A stretch of DNA of 64,000 nt from an uncultured Rhodopirellula sp. Its GTDB lineage: Bacteria > Planctomycetota > Planctomycetia > Pirellulales > Pirellulaceae. The stretch covers positions 1 to 64,000 of the forward strand of contig CAXGAI010000008.1 of the NCBI GenBank assembly GCA_964007735.1. The letters are read 5' to 3'. A program made the translations under genes and the position numbers. Position 1 is the stretch's first letter. The number at the start of each line of letters is the position of its first letter. Positions 39,362 through 52,000 of this stretch are shown here, piece after piece. A model generated the notes under the pieces. The model did not search any database, was not told the DNA's origin, and was given only the letters and a program-made list of their open reading frames with translations.

Positions 39362-40726
39362 CTAGATCCTTTCAAAGTACCTCTGTCGTTCCCAGTCGGT
39401 CACAGCATTTTCATATGCGATTTGTTCCGTGCGATAAAAGTGTACGTAGTGCTGATGAACCCCTTCACCGAGCGTCTCTTTCACAAACACACTCTGTTCA
39501 AAAGCCTGAATAGCTTCAGTAAAGGTGGTTGGTACGGCTGCTGTCGCCTCCTCATCGTATGCATTTCCAACAAACTCCTCAGGTGGAATCATTTGTTGTG
39601 CTACTCCATCCAGCCCTGATGCTAAAGAGGCTGCCAATGCTAAATAAGGATTACAGTCGGCCCCAGGGATCCGACACTCAATTCTCAACGAACTATCAGA
39701 ACCGACAACACGGAATCCTGCCGTACGGTTGTCCTGGCTCCAGGCCAGTGTTGTCGGAGCCCAACTGCCATGCTGATATCGTTTATAAGAATTCACTGTC
39801 GGAGCATAAAACGGCATAAACTCAGAAGCATGGCTTATCCAGCCTGCCAGAAAGTGCTGAAATGTGGATGAGCACTTTATTCGACCAAATTGCTCTTCTC
39901 CGTCAAAGGCATTCTTTTCACCCTCCCAAAGACTCAGATGAATATGACAACTTGAACCCGCCTGCTCCTGAGATTGCTTCGCCATAAAGGTAACACTAAC
40001 ACCAAGTTGGTCAGCAAGCTCTTTAGCGCATTGTTTAATAAGAATGTGGCGATCAGCCATTTCGACAATATCACCATAAACAACGTTAAGTTCGTGCTGC
40101 CCAAGCCCCCACTCTCCTTTGGTTGACTCGACGGGAATCCCCGATGCCTTGAGTTGACGCCTTAATTCACCATGGAATCGTTCACGACGGGAACCTTGCA
40201 AGATGTGGTAGTCCTCTAAGTACCAACCACTGGGCTTTAGGCCTTCGTAATTCTGTTGTTGAGCTTGTTCATAGCTTTCCTGAAACAGGTAATATTCAAG
40301 TTCTGTCGCAGCTTTGGCAGAAAAACACTGTTCATTAGCCCGGTCCACCTGATTTTGGAGGATACTTCGTGGAAGATAAGGTACCAAGTCATGAGTCTGT
40401 TGCTCCACAATATCGCAGAGTATGATCGCGGTTCGATCCGCCCAAGAGAGAACCCGTAAGGACTCTATTCGCGGCTGCATATGAAAATCACCATATCCAG
40501 CATCCCAATTAGCAAAGGCATAACCTTCGACAGGCTCCATTTCCATATCAACCGTGGCTAAATAGTTACAACCATGCGTGCCACGATCAGCCACGGTGGA
40601 AAGAAAGAACTCTGCATCAAACCGTTTACCCAGCAAACGTCCATATAGCCCCGGGAACGCGACGATTACCGTATCAACCGATCCGTCTTTGACTCGTTTT
40701 TCCAGTTGTTCTAAAGATACCAACAT
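39362..40726 (-). CDS. Glutamine synthetase-like gamma-glutamyl-amine ligase (GlnA4/PuuA-type)
   Basis: GRLLGKRF, ANWDAGYGDF, GEWGLGQHELN, GSSCHIHLSL, DNRTAGFR, ECRIPGADCNPY and VTDWERQRYFERI. Confidence 0.92.
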   Translation of the reverse strand: MLVSLEQLEKRVKDGSVDTVIVAFPGLYGRLLGKRFDAEFFLSTVADRGTHGCNYLATVDMEMEPVEGYAFANWDAGYGDFHMQPRIESLRVLSWADRTAIILCDIVEQQTHDLVPYLPRSILQNQVDRANEQCFSAKAATELEYYLFQESYEQAQQQNYEGLKPSGWYLEDYHILQGSRRERFHGELRRQLKASGIPVESTKGEWGLGQHELNVVYGDIVEMADRHILIKQCAKELADQLGVSVTFMAKQSQEQAGSSCHIHLSLWEGEKNAFDGEEQFGRIKCSSTFQHFLAGWISHASEFMPFYAPTVNSYKRYQHGSWAPTTLAWSQDNRTAGFRVVGSDSSLRIECRIPGADCNPYLALAASLASGLDGVAQQMIPPEEFVGNAYDEEATAAVPTTFTEAIQAFEQSVFVKETLGEGVHQHYVHFYRTEQIAYENAVTDWERQRYFERI

Positions 40727-40774
40727 GCCTCAAACTCAGTTAAATTCCTTTTATTACTCATCATAGTTAAAGGG

Positions 40775-42265
40775 TTAATGGGGAACAGATTGCTCCAGTT
40801 CCTTTTCGCCTGTATTGAGCAAAGCCATTTCTTCTTCAGGTGCCTGAGCCACCAAATGGTGACGACTATACAAAAAGAAATAGAGCAAGCCTATCACCAG
40901 AAATACGATGACTCCAATAATGGCCGGTAGCATCGCTTGATCCGACATCGTTGCTGCCAACGCTAAAATTGACAGCATCAGCCCAATGACAGCACCGGGA
41001 ATTCCAAACGGACTTTTGTAAGGTCTTGGTAAATCAGGACGTTTGATTCTCAAAATAATATAGCTCAGCATCACATTGGCATAGGAAATCACGGCTCCAA
41101 AGACAGCCATGTTCAGCAACGCAGCTCCCACATTGCTTTGCTCACCTAAAAACTCAATACACAAAGCGCACGCCAAACCAATACCCGCACCAACAATCAA
41201 GGCTACATAGGGAGTATGACGCTCACCAGTCAACGAAAGAATTCTGGGAATGTATCCGGCTCTTGATAGTGCAAACAACACACGACCATAGGCATAGATG
41301 ATCGCGTGAAAGCTGGCAATCAAACCAACCAATGCCATCAAGGTCATCAAAGTAGCTGTTGAGCCAATCCCAAATACGACCTGAAACCCATCCGCTAAAG
41401 GCGCTTCCGAATCGCCCAATGCAGTGGCGCCGACAACTCCCGTGTTTAACACCAAAGTAAATAATGAAAGTCCAAACAGTGTAAACATTCCAAGAATCAG
41501 CGCTCGTGGCATGTCTTCGACGGCATTGTGACTTTCTTCTGCAGCCAACGGTAACTGTTCAATCGCAAGATAAAACCAGATCGCAAAAGGTAGGGCTCCA
41601 AAGACACTAGTCCAACCATTGGGAAACCAATCCGAATTCCCTTCTGTGGGCTGCACATCAAACAGTTTTGCTACATCAAAACTTCCGGTTGCAAAAACCC
41701 CAATATAAAACACGACTAGGACAATCGCAGCCAGCCCGGCAAAAACAAGTCCCATACGTAACGAGAGAGCTACTCCCTGAATATTAATAAAGACAAACAA
41801 CCCATAAACCAGGAACCACCATAAAATGGTATAGCCTATCGCTACGTCAGCCTGCCCGGGAAAGACGAGTTGATTAATATAGCCAGCGATACCAATCACG
41901 ATGACGGCTGGCGTAATAACGTACTCTATTACATCGGTCAGCCCACAGATAAATCCACCCACAGGCCCCATCGCACTACGGGTAAATGAAAAAAAACCTC
42001 CCGCATGCGGAAGCGCGGCTGAAAGCTCAGCAATAGTATAAACCATGCAGAAATACATCACGGCCATCAACAAAGTTGCAACAGCTAAGCCTCCAAAGCC
42101 AGACGAACCAAGGCCAAGGTTCCAGCCAAAAAAATCTCCCGAAATCACGGCGCCAACACCCATAGCCCAAAGCAGGACCCAACCGGCACTTGGTTTTAAC
42201 TGTCGCTGCTCAAGATACTCAGAACTCACATCCTCATATTGAACTAGATCTGGCTTGTCTGGCAT
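40775..42265 (-). CDS. eat: APC-family permease, ethanolamine permease-like
   Basis: GVGAVISGDFFGWN, AELSAALPHAGG, FAIWFYLAIEQLPLAAEE and APEEE at the C-terminus. Start reassigned to MPDKPD. Confidence 0.82.
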   Translation of the reverse strand: MPDKPDLVQYEDVSSEYLEQRQLKPSAGWVLLWAMGVGAVISGDFFGWNLGLGSSGFGGLAVATLLMAVMYFCMVYTIAELSAALPHAGGFFSFTRSAMGPVGGFICGLTDVIEYVITPAVIVIGIAGYINQLVFPGQADVAIGYTILWWFLVYGLFVFINIQGVALSLRMGLVFAGLAAIVLVVFYIGVFATGSFDVAKLFDVQPTEGNSDWFPNGWTSVFGALPFAIWFYLAIEQLPLAAEESHNAVEDMPRALILGMFTLFGLSLFTLVLNTGVVGATALGDSEAPLADGFQVVFGIGSTATLMTLMALVGLIASFHAIIYAYGRVLFALSRAGYIPRILSLTGERHTPYVALIVGAGIGLACALCIEFLGEQSNVGAALLNMAVFGAVISYANVMLSYIILRIKRPDLPRPYKSPFGIPGAVIGLMLSILALAATMSDQAMLPAIIGVIVFLVIGLLYFFLYSRHHLVAQAPEEEMALLNTGEKELEQSVPH

Positions 42266-42397
42266 GAATGAACCCAACCGAATAACCTCTGGGAAGATAA
42301 CTACTTCATCATACATCAACCGCACCTTGGAGCTGGCTGTTATAATTTGATTGTTAGATATCGCCGTAATTTTTGATTCCATCTCCGCCAGAAACTC

Positions 42398-45300
42398 ATG
42401 TCCGACACTACTGATTTATTATCGCGAATTCTGTTTTTAGGATTAATGCTGGCGTCGATCCAACTGAAAGCAAACGAAGAACCGCCGATTGAAGCATTTC
42501 AGAAACAAGTCCAGCCACTGATCAAAAAATACTGCATACGCTGCCACAACGTCGATGAAATGACCTCAGGTGTACGTGTTGATAACTTTACCGGCGAATT
42601 CCCGGATGAATCGCTGTTCCACTGGCGGGACGTTGCGAAACAAGTTTCACTTAACGCGATGCCACCCGAGGATGAAGTCCAGCCGAGCGAACAGGAACGC
42701 GGGTTTCTGGTGAAATGGATTGAATCCGAAATCGCCGCGGCGCGTTCGCGTAATTCAGAGAAAAATGGATCTATCAGGCGTCTGACTGTCGCGCAGTATC
42801 GAAACACACTTCAGGACTTACTGGGTATTCAAGACGAACTAACCGATATTCTCCCGGCGGACGGGGTCTCGGAAGATGGTTTTCTCAATAATCAGGAAAC
42901 ACTCTTACTCTCACCGCTACTGCTGGAATCCTATTTTGAAATTGCAGCTAAAGGTCTCGACCTTGCCATTGTCGACCCTTCTCAAAAACCGGTCATCCAG
43001 ACTTTTCGAATGGATCTGGGCGAAGAGATTAATGCCAATCCTGAAAAAGATAATCTGATTCTGGGGGCTAACAGCATGCTCTTACGCAATCAGGATTTTG
43101 AAGTCATCGAGTTAACTCCGGAGAAACCTTTCCAATACGAACAGTTCCTGATGCAACGCAAATTTCGTTTTGTCGAGGGTTATCAAGGTAACGCAACCGT
43201 GCGTGGCTGGCGTGAATATGACAGTATCTATCATGCTGTCTTCGCCTGCGTCCGGGGAACGCCTGGTTACCCCAAGGGTTTAGCATATCAGTCCCTACCA
43301 GAAGGGTTTGCTTTACGCCCCGCCATACCGAGTCCTGAAATCTTCGGGCAATCAAGCACTTACGGACCACAGTCCAACTTCAAAATCTCACTGCGTGAAC
43401 TTCCTGACAGTGGACGATTCCGTGTAACTGTCAAAGCGGCCAAATATGAAGACGCCTTGCTGCTGGAACACTCGCACCCGACAGCCGGTACGGCGAAGCA
43501 AGATACAATCGCCGTTCAGAATTCTGCGGACGGCCAAATAGTAACCGTGCCGGAAAGCGGAACCTATCAAATTGACGCGTATTCAGCTCCACCATCGCTC
43601 GCCGGAGTCAAAACGGATGCTTCAAAGCTTAACGAAGCTTTAGTGGGTTATTGGAGTTTCAACGACACGCTTACAACAACCCCAGAAGACGAAAATCTAA
43701 CTGGTGACTTAGAAGACAACGCAAAATTAGTTGATTCACCTTTTAGCAAAGCATTATCTGTAGATGGTCAAAACGATTCCTTTGTTGTGCCTTATCACGA
43801 GTCCATGAACGTTGCCGATCGGTCGTTCACGATCTCTGTTTGGATTCGCCCCACAGAAATTCGTCAGGGCGGCATTATCTGTCTGGGTGGCTACGGATAT
43901 ACCCATGGATTCCTGTTTGACATCCCAAACGACAAGGGGGGCATCCGGGTCGAAACCGCTAATAATCAGAGTATGCACAATGGTACGATCGAGTCACCTC
44001 CCGGCATGATCCGTGTGAATCAATGGCAACACCTGACGGCAGTAATCATTCCCGGTACGGAGGAATCCAGACTTTATGTGAATGGCTTTCAAGTAGCCAA
44101 AGGCAGAATCAACAAAGCCGATCTTGCTAATAAGAATGCGCGTTTGCACATCGGCCGGATTGAAGGTGCCCAACAATTCAAAGGTGATATCGATGAAGTG
44201 CGGTTCTATCGCCGTGCTCTGGCCGAAGCCGAAATTAAAGCTTTGCTGACAGGTGGCGAGCAGTTCATTTTACCTCCTCCGGTTGAACCTGCCGAACTGA
44301 CTGTACATGTTGATCATCGTCAATTCACAGCTTCTCTAAAAACACCCGCCTTCGCTGCGTTGTATTTAGAGAAAGGTGAGCATAACGTTCGTGCGGACTT
44401 CAAAGGAGCCACCCCCGTTCAGCTCTACCTGACGCCTCTCTCTAAGGATCACGAGACTGCTAAGCAATTCACGGCGTTCTCAAAACGAGCACCACGAATC
44501 GGCGTACACGTAGGTCTGCGTCGTGACTGCGGATCGACTCTGGATCGAGTAGGCGAACCTGTCGCCGTGGCCGGAACAGATTTGCAGGACTTCATCTTTG
44601 AAGGTGCGATGGCCAATTATCCGAATCCGAACCGTGATCCTCTCAATCCAAACTACCTTGCTGGCATGCGTGAAATTGGAGTCATCAGCGAATACACCGA
44701 TGGCCGTGATATGCCTCGGCTGCTCATTCGTTCCATTGAATTCGAAGGACCTTTCTACGAAGCCTGGCCTCCAAAGACTCATCAGGCGATCTTCATCAAC
44801 TCCGATAATCAGAACGACCGGACGACTTACGCCCGAGAGATTTTAGATAACTTTGGTGCTCGCGCATTCCGTCGACCTCTGTCTAAATCCGAGTCAGACT
44901 CTTTACACAAAGTCTGGGCTGAGTCTTTCGAAGCTAGTGAGAATTTTGTCAGCAGCATCAAAGATGCTTTACTGGTCACACTCACATCACCGCAATTCCT
45001 ATTCCTGATTGAATCCAGTGAATCACCTGAAGGTGAACCCCTAGATTCCTATGAATTGGCGTCAAAGCTTTCTTACTTCCTCTGGAATTCGGCACCCGAC
45101 GAGGAACTGCTTGCTTTAGCAGACAAAGAGGAGCTTGAAAAACAACTCCCGGCTCAGGTAGATCGTTTGATTGCAGACGCCAGATTCCGCCGGGCAATGC
45201 GGGAATTCACAAGTCAGTGGCTCCAACTCGACAAATTCGACGTCGTTGAAATCGATGCCGGAATGTACCCCAATCTCACACGTGACTTCCGTCTGGAATT

Positions 45301-46033
45301 AAGGAAAGAGCCTATTCGATATCTGGAATACCTGATCACCAATAACCTACCGCTGGAAAACCTCATTCAATCAGACTTCATCCTCGCCAATGAGCAGACG
45401 GCGAATTACTACGGTATCCCTGAAAAGATTGAATCCGGATTTGAATTCGTACAGGTAAACGTCGACCAACCTCAGTTGGGTGGTTTACTATCTACAGCCG
45501 GAGTACTTTCAGGACTTTCTAATGGTCGGGAATCGAATCCGGTAAAACGCGGAGCATGGTTAGCCCGTAAAATCATCGCCGAACCCCCCGCTGACCCTCC
45601 ACCAAATGTCCCCGCTCTCAACGAAGCACAGGAAGGTCTCACATTGGCTGAGAAACTTCTTCTACATCGAGATCAGGAAGGCTGCCGCAAGTGTCATGAA
45701 GGTATTGATCCGTGGGGACTGCCTTTTGAACAATTTGATGCCGGTGGTATTTGGAAGAAGAATTTTGCTAAAGCAGATGCCAACGCCACACTTCCAGACG
45801 CTACCGAAGTCGACGGATTTCTGGCATTACGTGAATATTTGGCCAACGACCGCATTGATCAGGTCGCATTTAGCTTCCTAAAACACATGACAACGTATGC
45901 GGTTGGCCGAAGCCTTAGCTACAATGAGATTGAAACCCTTAAAGAAAAACAATTACAATTAAAAGCAGATGGTTACCGTATGCGGAATATGGTTCGATTT
46001 GTCGTAACCAGTCAGGCGTTTCTTGAAAAGTAA
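42398..46033 (+). CDS. DUF1592/1588/1587/1585/1595 planctomycete cytochrome c protein with internal LamG domain
   Basis: [39 protein letters not shown] and CRKCH; LamG segment FTISVWIR...QWQHL...LYVNG...[11 protein letters not shown]. Confidence 0.9.
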   Translation: MSDTTDLLSRILFLGLMLASIQLKANEEPPIEAFQKQVQPLIKKYCIRCHNVDEMTSGVRVDNFTGEFPDESLFHWRDVAKQVSLNAMPPEDEVQPSEQERGFLVKWIESEIAAARSRNSEKNGSIRRLTVAQYRNTLQDLLGIQDELTDILPADGVSEDGFLNNQETLLLSPLLLESYFEIAAKGLDLAIVDPSQKPVIQTFRMDLGEEINANPEKDNLILGANSMLLRNQDFEVIELTPEKPFQYEQFLMQRKFRFVEGYQGNATVRGWREYDSIYHAVFACVRGTPGYPKGLAYQSLPEGFALRPAIPSPEIFGQSSTYGPQSNFKISLRELPDSGRFRVTVKAAKYEDALLLEHSHPTAGTAKQDTIAVQNSADGQIVTVPESGTYQIDAYSAPPSLAGVKTDASKLNEALVGYWSFNDTLTTTPEDENLTGDLEDNAKLVDSPFSKALSVDGQNDSFVVPYHESMNVADRSFTISVWIRPTEIRQGGIICLGGYGYTHGFLFDIPNDKGGIRVETANNQSMHNGTIESPPGMIRVNQWQHLTAVIIPGTEESRLYVNGFQVAKGRINKADLANKNARLHIGRIEGAQQFKGDIDEVRFYRRALAEAEIKALLTGGEQFILPPPVEPAELTVHVDHRQFTASLKTPAFAALYLEKGEHNVRADFKGATPVQLYLTPLSKDHETAKQFTAFSKRAPRIGVHVGLRRDCGSTLDRVGEPVAVAGTDLQDFIFEGAMANYPNPNRDPLNPNYLAGMREIGVISEYTDGRDMPRLLIRSIEFEGPFYEAWPPKTHQAIFINSDNQNDRTTYAREILDNFGARAFRRPLSKSESDSLHKVWAESFEASENFVSSIKDALLVTLTSPQFLFLIESSESPEGEPLDSYELASKLSYFLWNSAPDEELLALADKEELEKQLPAQVDRLIADARFRRAMREFTSQWLQLDKFDVVEIDAGMYPNLTRDFRLELRKEPIRYLEYLITNNLPLENLIQSDFILANEQTANYYGIPEKIESGFEFVQVNVDQPQLGGLLSTAGVLSGLSNGRESNPVKRGAWLARKIIAEPPADPPPNVPALNEAQEGLTLAEKLLLHRDQEGCRKCHEGIDPWGLPFEQFDAGGIWKKNFAKADANATLPDATEVDGFLALREYLANDRIDQVAFSFLKHMTTYAVGRSLSYNEIETLKEKQLQLKADGYRMRNMVRFVVTSQAFLEK

Positions 46034-46104
46034 TACCGAGCCGTGCGACGATAACAATACAAAGGACCTAATTCGGAAATCCTCCTACTCAGGTGAAGAA
46101 GAAC

Positions 46105-47439
46105 ATGGCTAGTTCAACCAAGATCAAACGACGTACCGTCCTAAAAGGAATTGCGGGAGCAGCATTGCCCTTACCATTGCTCGAAGCGATGGGGAAGGAC
46201 GTTGTGGAAGACACACCTCGCCGTTTTTGCGCGATGTATACAGCCAATGGCATGTCACTTCCTAAGGATCAGCACGGCATTAATGACTGGAGCTGGTTCC
46301 CAACCATCGATGGGAAGGACTTTAAATTCGGTGAATCCACAAAACCGCTCGAAGCCTTTCGTAAGCAACTCAGCTTCATGGGTGGGATGTATCACTCGGC
46401 CGGCCCAAAAGCAGATCCACATACATGTTCCGACATGTGGCTAACGGGAGCAAAACTCCACGATCCGGAACCCGGAACTTATAACAGTGTGGCACTCGAT
46501 CAGGTTGTAGCTCAGCACACCAAACAATACTGCCGTCAGCCATCCCTCGTTCTATCTGTCGATGCTGGTGTAGGCTTCCTGTCTCGTACAGGTACGATCT
46601 CATACAATGCTCAAGGCAAGCCAATTCCGGCTGAGAATAATCCCCGCCGAATCTTTGACCGTTTGTTCCGTGGTGACCAACAGTCCATCGAAGTAGAACG
46701 TGAACAGCTGAAAAAACGAATCAAGCTTGTCGATGCCGTGCTGGACAACGCTCGCGCATTGAACAAAAGACTCGGGAAATCTGATCGGCAGAAAATGGAG
46801 CAGTACCTGACATCACTCGATGAGGTTGAGTCACGTCTGATTGCCTCTGAACGTTGGATTGATATTCCACTGAAAAAGCAGGATCATACGCACCTCAATC
46901 TGGCAGCATCGAATGCAGGTGAACCCGCCGAATATTATCGAAATATGTTTGATCTGATTGCCTTAGCATTTGATGCGGACATTACACGCAGTGTTGCCTT
47001 CATGCTGAACCGGGAAGATGGTATGGGTATTAGTGATACCTTCCCGTTGAAGCTGGGTCTCACACGTACCCACCACAGCCTGTCACATGCGGGCGACAAG
47101 GATGGTCAGTTGGAGTTTGCTAAATACGACAAATTCCTAAGTGAACAGCTCGCCTATTTCTTCAATCGCTTGAATGAATTTCAGGACCATAATGGTTCTC
47201 TACTGGATAACAGTATCGTCCTTTACGGCTCCGGCTGTAGTACGACTCACTATCCAAAGAACCTGCCGACAATGGTGGTTGGTGGTAGCAATATGGGACT
47301 AAAACACGGCGTTCACTGGCGAGATGGAGATACGCTGATGTGTAATATGTACCTCAGTATCCTTCACAGCCTAGGCATCCAAATTGATCAATTTGGTGAT
47401 AGCACCGGTACTCTCAACAATTCTATTTTCTCTGCCTAA
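46105..47439 (+). CDS. DUF1552 (HXXSHH-family) protein
   Basis: KRRTVLKG...[27 protein letters not shown] and HHSLSH; sits downstream of a DUF1592 gene as is typical. Confidence 0.92.
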   Translation: MASSTKIKRRTVLKGIAGAALPLPLLEAMGKDVVEDTPRRFCAMYTANGMSLPKDQHGINDWSWFPTIDGKDFKFGESTKPLEAFRKQLSFMGGMYHSAGPKADPHTCSDMWLTGAKLHDPEPGTYNSVALDQVVAQHTKQYCRQPSLVLSVDAGVGFLSRTGTISYNAQGKPIPAENNPRRIFDRLFRGDQQSIEVEREQLKKRIKLVDAVLDNARALNKRLGKSDRQKMEQYLTSLDEVESRLIASERWIDIPLKKQDHTHLNLAASNAGEPAEYYRNMFDLIALAFDADITRSVAFMLNREDGMGISDTFPLKLGLTRTHHSLSHAGDKDGQLEFAKYDKFLSEQLAYFFNRLNEFQDHNGSLLDNSIVLYGSGCSTTHYPKNLPTMVVGGSNMGLKHGVHWRDGDTLMCNMYLSILHSLGIQIDQFGDSTGTLNNSIFSA

Positions 47440-47463
47440 GAGGAAATGTCGTCGAATAGCTTT

Positions 47464-49011
47464 CTAGCGGGAACGGCCTGATTCAATAATCTCAGTTAGT
47501 TGCTGTTTCAAACGCGACGCAATTTCTGGGTGGTCAGCAATCACGTTCCTGGATTCCGTTGGATCCTTGGCCAAATTGAAGAGCATGTACGGTGGAACTT
47601 TAACGTTGGCTAACTGCTGCTCCACCACAACATTGCGAGCTGTCTTTCTGTCGTAGCGATGTAGTTTCCAATCACCATCACGTAGTGCATAGGTACCATT
47701 GTTACCATTATTTTGCTGTACCAAATGGTCTCTACCTTTTGCTCCCTTTTGCCCCATTAATGCCTTGAGAACATTAAAACTGTCGACGCATGCATCTTGA
47801 GGTAATACCTGACCAGTCAATGCGGCAAGACTACCTGCCAGGTCAATCGTACAAACCATCTCGTCACTAACAGAAGACTTAATCTGTCCCTTCCAATACG
47901 TGATAAATGGAGTCCGGGTACCGCCTTCATAGACGCTGTACTTGCCACCTGTGTAAGGGCCTGCTGCACGATGGTCTCCCAATTTCTCCAGAGCAAAATC
48001 TTTGTAACCATCATCCATAACCGGGCCATTATCTGAGCAAACAATAATCAGCGTATTATCAAGTTTGCGATTCTGTTTTAGCGCCTTTACCAGAGCTCCC
48101 ACACACCAATCAAATTGAATAATCGAATCAGCTCGGAAACCTAACTCTGTCGCTCCCTGAAATCGTTCATGCGGAATTCTTGGTACATGAATATCGTGGG
48201 AGGAAAAAAACAGAAAGAACGGAGCATCGGATTCCTCTGCAATGATCTCAATCGATTTTTCGACCCATTTGTCAGCCAGATCCTCGTCACGGAAACGCGC
48301 CGCTTGCCCGCCGGTGTAAAAACCGATCCGGCTAATACCGTTATGGATTGTTGAATTGTGCCCATGCGACCAATCCATTTTCAAGGTCTGGCGATGTGTA
48401 ACGCCGGTCGGATGATCTTCACTTGGTTTCATTTTCCCAACCCACAATGGATCCTTGGGATCAAGATTCAAAACTCGATGATTTTGCACGTAAACCTGAG
48501 GGACACGATCGTTAGTTGTCGGTAATAAGAAACAACTGTCAAAGCCCAGTTCCAAGGGACCGGGTTTGAGCTGACCATTCCAATCCGGTCCCGATTCTTC
48601 ACCTAAACCCAAATGCCATTTACCTACAATGGACGTTCGATATCCTGCTCTTTTCATTACATCAGCAAGTGTATACGTATCCGGATCAATCACGGCAGGT
48701 GAATTAGGCGGAGCGATTCCTGTACCGGGCTTGCGGAAAGCATAGGTACCGGTCAGCAGTGAGTATCGTGTTGGAGTGCACGTCGAAGCCGAGCAATAAC
48801 CGTTTGTAAACCGTACTCCACCCGCCGCCAGTTTATCGATATGAGGCGTCTTAAAGGAATCGGCTCCGTAGCATGAAAGATCACCAAACCCAAGGTCATC
48901 AGCCATAATCACAAGCACATTAGGCCGAGTCTCTGCATTCAGCCGCTGCGGGGCGGCAAACAAAGAGACGTTTAAGAACAATAAAAACAGAGGCGTAATA
49001 AACTTTACCAT
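47464..49011 (-). CDS. Arylsulfatase
   Basis: PNVLVIMADDLG, CTPTRYSLLTG, GKWHLG and SDNG. Confidence 0.94.
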   Translation of the reverse strand: MVKFITPLFLLFLNVSLFAAPQRLNAETRPNVLVIMADDLGFGDLSCYGADSFKTPHIDKLAAGGVRFTNGYCSASTCTPTRYSLLTGTYAFRKPGTGIAPPNSPAVIDPDTYTLADVMKRAGYRTSIVGKWHLGLGEESGPDWNGQLKPGPLELGFDSCFLLPTTNDRVPQVYVQNHRVLNLDPKDPLWVGKMKPSEDHPTGVTHRQTLKMDWSHGHNSTIHNGISRIGFYTGGQAARFRDEDLADKWVEKSIEIIAEESDAPFFLFFSSHDIHVPRIPHERFQGATELGFRADSIIQFDWCVGALVKALKQNRKLDNTLIIVCSDNGPVMDDGYKDFALEKLGDHRAAGPYTGGKYSVYEGGTRTPFITYWKGQIKSSVSDEMVCTIDLAGSLAALTGQVLPQDACVDSFNVLKALMGQKGAKGRDHLVQQNNGNNGTYALRDGDWKLHRYDRKTARNVVVEQQLANVKVPPYMLFNLAKDPTESRNVIADHPEIASRLKQQLTEIIESGRSR

Positions 49012-49095
49012 TCGATTCGATCTTCAAAAAAGGTAGAAGAGGACTGCCAACAACATACCACAATTAAAAAAATTGACGACTAGAGAAACACTTCG

Positions 49096-52000
49096 TTATT
49101 GATCGAGAGCCGGATCGGTCGCGGGCGAATAGTTTGGATTTACTTTCGGCAACGGGGCATCAATATCACTGAGATACTGCATGAGTTTTTCCTGAAGTTG
49201 CTTTGTGAGCTCCGGATATTCCCCAGAGACATCCGTTTTTTCAGCGAGATCCCGACTGAGATCAAAGAGCTGAACTTCGCGGGATTCCCAAAAGTAATGC
49301 AATTTGAAATTCCCGGCAATCACCGTGGAATCTGGCTTACTCTTTTTCTCATGTTGGTAATGAGGCCAGTGAAAATACAGCTCTTCACGGGAACGCTGGA
49401 CTTGTGCATTCTGTTTACGCATTAAGACCGGCAATAAGCTCCCTCCTTCGATCCGTTCGTCTAGATTTTCAACACCTACAATTTCACAAATCGTGGGCAG
49501 GATGTCCCACCCAATGGCAGGAGTCCTGGAGATTGAACCTGCTTGAATACCAGGTCCAGCTAACATCATTGGTACTCTCACACCAGCTTCCCAAAGCGTC
49601 GCTTTACTACCTCGAAGTGGACCGTTGATATTACCCGGATCTTCGGTCGGATAGGTACCGTTGTCTGCTGTATAGATAATATAGGTATTGTCAGAGATAC
49701 CCAAACGTTCAACTGCATCTAATAAATCGCCTAAAGAACGATCGAGGTCTTCAATCATGGAGCCATAAGGAACACTGTTATGCCGACGACCGGGTTTGCG
49801 ATCTGTCAATTTTGCGATCGTCTCGGACGTTGCCTGATAGCCTAAATGAGTGGCATAGTGTGAAACCTGTAAATAAAACGGGTTACCTTCCTGAACCTGT
49901 CGCTCCATAAAACGAATCGACGAACGAGTCATACTGAACGCTCGCTTCGGATCATCTGGCAGATTAGAGGGTACAGTGCCTTCACGATTCCCCGTGGAGC
50001 CATCACTTTCATCGAATCCATGAGCCTCAGGCCCATTACCATTCAAGTGCCATTTCCCAAAATGAGCTGATCGATAAGCGCGGTTGTGCCGTTTCAAAAG
50101 TTCCGGAATCGTGTCGAGGTTTGAATCGAGATCATCAACATGTCGCGGTGGGTTCAGTTTATTGCCTTCATATAACCGGCCTCCGTGTCGATCCACGATA
50201 TCGCTCATATGCATTGCGGCCGGACTGATACCTGTCAACAAAGCAGCTCGGGAAGGAGAACAGTTTGGATGCGCTGAGTAGGCTTGAGTAAATCGCATTC
50301 CAGCGTTTGCAATTCGCTCCATATTGGGTGTCTGAAAAAAATCACTGGCGGACTGTCTGATCTCTGGATCATAAGGAATGGATGTTGTTCCCCATCCCTG
50401 ATCATCCGTCAAAATAACGATAAAGTTCGGAGCGGGCTTTCCTTCAGTAGTCTTTTCTTTGCGCGGCTTCGCAGGCCTAATATTTAACCCGCGTACTTTC
50501 ACGTCGGTCACTTTACCAGCGTATTTAAAGTCGTCCCCATACGCCCCAACATTGCTTTGCGAATCATCCTTAATACTTAGGCCGTCCTGAGGTTGGACGG
50601 GGATCAGACTTCCACAACTACCTGTAGCCCGTACTTCATTATTGACGGACAAACGAAGTTTCCCGCCGTCATCAAGCAATGCTTCAACCTCAAACGGCCC
50701 GTTACCTTCAAGTGCCGGCGTAGTGATCTCCGTCAGTTTTGAATTGATTCGGACGTTAAATGTTAGTTTTTTGTCACGTAAATGCAGGCTAATTCCCTGC
50801 TGACTACCCCCTTGAGCAACCAGCACCCCATTGTGTGCAAGCGATGAAAATGTACAGCTCATCTTCACAGGTTGATTCGCAATACGTTCAGCTTGTTTGC
50901 CATTCGGCATAGGCTTCACAGAACCAACCTGTGGCATTTGTGCCAGCCAATCTTCCCAGCGATACTTCAGATCTTCATAACGCTGTGGCTGATCCTCAAT
51001 CATATTCGTTGTTTCAGCAGGATCTTTATCCAGGTTGTAGAGTTCCCAGGGCTGGCCCGCCAGAGCCGAGATCTTCCACTGGCGATGACGCGCGGCCCGA
51101 CCACCATTGTGTTCAAAGAAAAGTATGCGGTCATTAGTCAACGAAGCACCAGCCAGAGCCTTCACCATGCTGACTCCATCCATCGGGAAATTTTCGGCGG
51201 GTTTTGCTCCTGCAAGCTCAAGACAGGTTGGACCGATGTCCATGACATGCCCCAGATCTCTGGTGATACTACCGGCTTTTGCCTTTAATCCCGCCGGCCA
51301 GTGAACGATAAACGGTGTACGGCAGCCACCCTCATAACTCTCTTTCTTCCAGTATTTGAGCGGGCTGTTGGCGGCATTAGCCCAGGCAGGTCCCAGACCC
51401 GTATAGCTCTCGTCAGAACCAAGCTTGTTACGATTTTCAGGTAATTTGAGTTCCTTTTCACGATGAGCAGTACGTCCATCCCGCGTTTCTCCGTTACGGT
51501 CATAGCCCGCATACCCCGGAATCTCTGGCGACGCACCATTATCGGAAAGGAAGAAAATCACCGTATTCTCGAATTCGCCAGTCTCTTTCAATGCCTCGAC
51601 AATACGACCAATCCCCTGATCGACACTATCGACCATCGCCGCGTGGACTTCAAACTTGTTAGCCTGGTACTCTTTCTCTGAAACTGAAAGCGAGTCCCAA
51701 GAAACGCCTCGATCCTCAACTGGTTCAACCGGAATGTGACCTGGAAACAGCTTCAGCTTGCGTTGCCTTTCGAAACGGTCTTTCTTGAGTTGATTCCAGC
51801 CTCCGTCATACTGACCATCGTACTTTTCTATGACTTCCGCTTTGGCATGTAGTGGCCAGTGAGGCGCTGTGTACGCCACATATAAGAAGAAAGGATCTTT
51901 ATCTGACTTATCAAAGTCCTGGATGTACTTTACGGAATAATTTGTGATTGCATCCGTCAGATAGTAATCATCGGCCACATCAGTCACAGGATCATCATTA

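Noticed and set aside
39362..40726. Calling the gene glnA (glutamine synthetase)
   Set aside because: Its sequence and context (PuuD-like hydrolase, amine permease) fit a gamma-glutamyl-amine ligase.
12011..42265. Functional link between Aas/LplT (lyso-PE recycling) and the ethanolamine cassette
   Set aside because: They are 22 kb apart with unrelated genes between them; no evidence of co-regulation.
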